Shown: piece after piece, positions 61,960 to 64,000 of the stretch | How the letters are laid out: every line of letters begins with the position of its first letter | How positions within the stretch are numbered: the stretch's first letter is position 1 | From: Chiloscyllium plagiosum | Taxonomy: Eukaryota | Reading direction: 5' to 3' | Length of the DNA stretch: 64,000 nt | Assembly (NCBI RefSeq): GCF_004010195.1 | Contig: NC_057718.1 | Span: forward strand, 76,200,210 to 76,264,209 | Position numbers and translations under genes: made by a program | Notes under the pieces: generated by a model | The model's database searches: none | What the model saw: the letters and a program-made list of their open reading frames with translations, nothing else | Told to the model about the DNA's origin: nothing

Positions 61960-63950
61960 CCACACAGCACAGAAACAAAACCTTCAGTCCAACTTGTCCG
62001 CACTGACCAGACATCCCAATCTGATCTAGTCCGCTTGACAGTTAGAGGTGTACAGCACAGAATCAGACCCTTCAGTCCAACTCATCCATGCAGATCAGAT
62101 ATCCTGAATTAATCTAGTCCGATGTGCCAGTATTTGGCTCATATCCCTCAAAACCCTTTTTATTCATGTACCAATCCCTGATGCCTTTTAAATGTTGCAA
62201 CTGTACCAGTCTCCACTACCTCCTCTGGCAGCTCACTCCATACACACACCACCCCTTGCATGAAAAAGCTGCCCCTTAGGTTCCTTTTAAATTTTTCTCT
62301 CCTTGTATTAAACCTTTGTCCTCTAGTTTTGGACTGCCCCACCATGGGAAAAAGACTTTGGTTATTCATCCTCTCCATGCTCATGTTTTCTTTAAATCTA
62401 ATAAGGTCACCCCTCAGCCTCCAGGAAAAAGAAACCCAGCCTATTCTGCCTCTGTCTATACCTCAAATCCTACAATCTTGACAACATTCTTGTAAATCAT
62501 TTCTGCATCCTCTCAAGTTTAACAATATCCTTCCTACAGATGGATGACCAAAATGGTGCACGGTATTCTAAAAGTGGCCTCATCAAAATCCTGTATAGCA
62601 GCAACATGATCTTCCAACTCAATGTTCTGACCAATGAAGGCAAATGTACCAAATGCCTTATTCATCACCCTATCTACCTGCAACTCAACTTTCAAGAAAT
62701 TTTACACATACCCCTAGGTCTCTGTTTGGTAACACTGCCCAGAGCCATGTCATTAACTGTATAAAGACCTGCTGTAGCTTGCCTTACCAAAATGCAACAT
62801 CTCACATTTATCTAAACTAAACTCCATCTGCCACTCCTTGAACCATTGGCTCATCTGATCAAGGTCCTGTTGTACTCAGAGGTAACCTTCTTCACTGTCT
62901 ACCACTTATTTTGGTGTCATCTGCCTCCTTTATTCACATCAGAATCATGTATATAAATGATGCAAAGCAGTGGATCGGTGCCAAACTTTGTGGCACACCA
63001 GTAGTCACAGGCCTCCAGTCTGCAACCTTCTACCACCATGCTGTCTTCTACCTACAAGCCAATTTTGCATGCAATTGGCTAGTTCCCCCTAGATCTCATG
63101 TGATCTAATCTTACTAACCAGTCTACCATGCTGAACCATGTTGACTGTTTTGCTGAAGAAGTTCATATAGACAATGTCTACTGCTTTCCCTCAATCTTCC
63201 TCACCCCTTCAAAAAAAAACTCAATTAAGTTAGTAAGACACGATTTCTCATGCACAAAGCTATGTTCACTATCCCTAATCAGTCCTTACCTTTCCAAATA
63301 CATGTTAGTCCTGTCCCTCAGAATTCCCTTCAACAACTTATCCAACACTGACATGAGGCTCACTAGTCTAGTGTTTCCTGGCTTTTCCTCACAGCCTTAA
63401 ATAATGTTACAATATTAGCCAACCTCCAGTCTTTCAACACCTCACGCTTAGCTGTCAACGAGGTAGATATCTCCGTACAGGGCCCAGCAATCTCTTCCTT
63501 AGCTTCCCACGCAGTTCTGGGAAACACTTGATCAGGTCCCAGGGATTTATCTAACTTTATGCATTTTACGGCCTCCAGCAGCTCCTCTTCTGTAATGTAT
63601 ACTCTTTTCAAGACATAATTATTTATTTCCCCAAGTTATCTAACTTCCATGTCCTTCTCCACAGTAAATACAAATGAAAAATATTCACAGTTAGTATCTC
63701 ACTCATCCCCTGGGGTTCCACACATAGATGGCCACGTTCATCTTTAAGGGGTTCTATTCTCTCCTAGTTACTTTTCTGTCCTTAGTGTACTTTAGGATCT
63801 TTTTGGGATTCTCCTTAACTATTTGCCAAATGTATCTCGGGTCCTTTTTTTGCCCTCGTGATTTCTCTCTTAAGCCTATTGCCCTTATATTCCTCTAGGG
63901 ATTCACTCGATCCCAGCTGTCTACACCTGACATATGCCTCCACATTTTTT
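61960..63950 (-). mobile_element. CR1/HER1-type LINE with a duplicated 3' tip
   Basis: ORFs 62160..62384 (KTRGQR...FFMQGVVCVWSELP) and 63363..63611 (DKSLGPDQVFPRT). The motif cagcacagaa...ccttcagtccaact occurs twice (about 61965 and 62052). Confidence 0.88.
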
Positions 63951-64000
63951 TTTACAGCAGAATTCTTAAAAATGTCATTGAAATTCAAATCTCTAAAAAT

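Noticed and set aside
60214..64000. Upstream SENP6 exons or promoter
   Set aside because: I found no matching peptide, CpG island or convincing splice pair; the region is mostly repeats.

Overview
This is vertebrate genomic DNA, not prokaryotic. The repeat families (HE1-type SINE, HER1/CR1 LINE) point to a cartilaginous fish, most likely a shark. The whole window lies inside one minus-strand gene, the SUMO-chain protease SENP6. I read 11 consecutive GT-AG coding exons by hand (60068-60213 down to 5120-5337). They total 1809 nt (603 codons), have compatible phases, and include a 24-nt and a 34-nt microexon. They encode the N-terminal SIM-rich region and the middle domain; the start codon and the catalytic C48 peptidase exons lie outside the window. 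The introns hold CR1/HER1, L1-like, Rex1/Babar, RTE and L2-type LINE relics, tRNA-derived SINEs, solo LTRs and Penelope-like elements (PLEs). The most striking pattern is about 15 short PLE-derived inserts, most carrying a minimal hammerhead-ribozyme motif (CUGANGA-A-GGGC-N4-GCCC-GAAACGUC). Many have 8-16-bp target-site duplications (TSDs), several are fold-back palindromes, and their 5' ends or inversion points cluster at the ribozyme core. There is a 644-bp assembly gap at 57313-57956. Homologies are from recognition of motifs, not from database searches.
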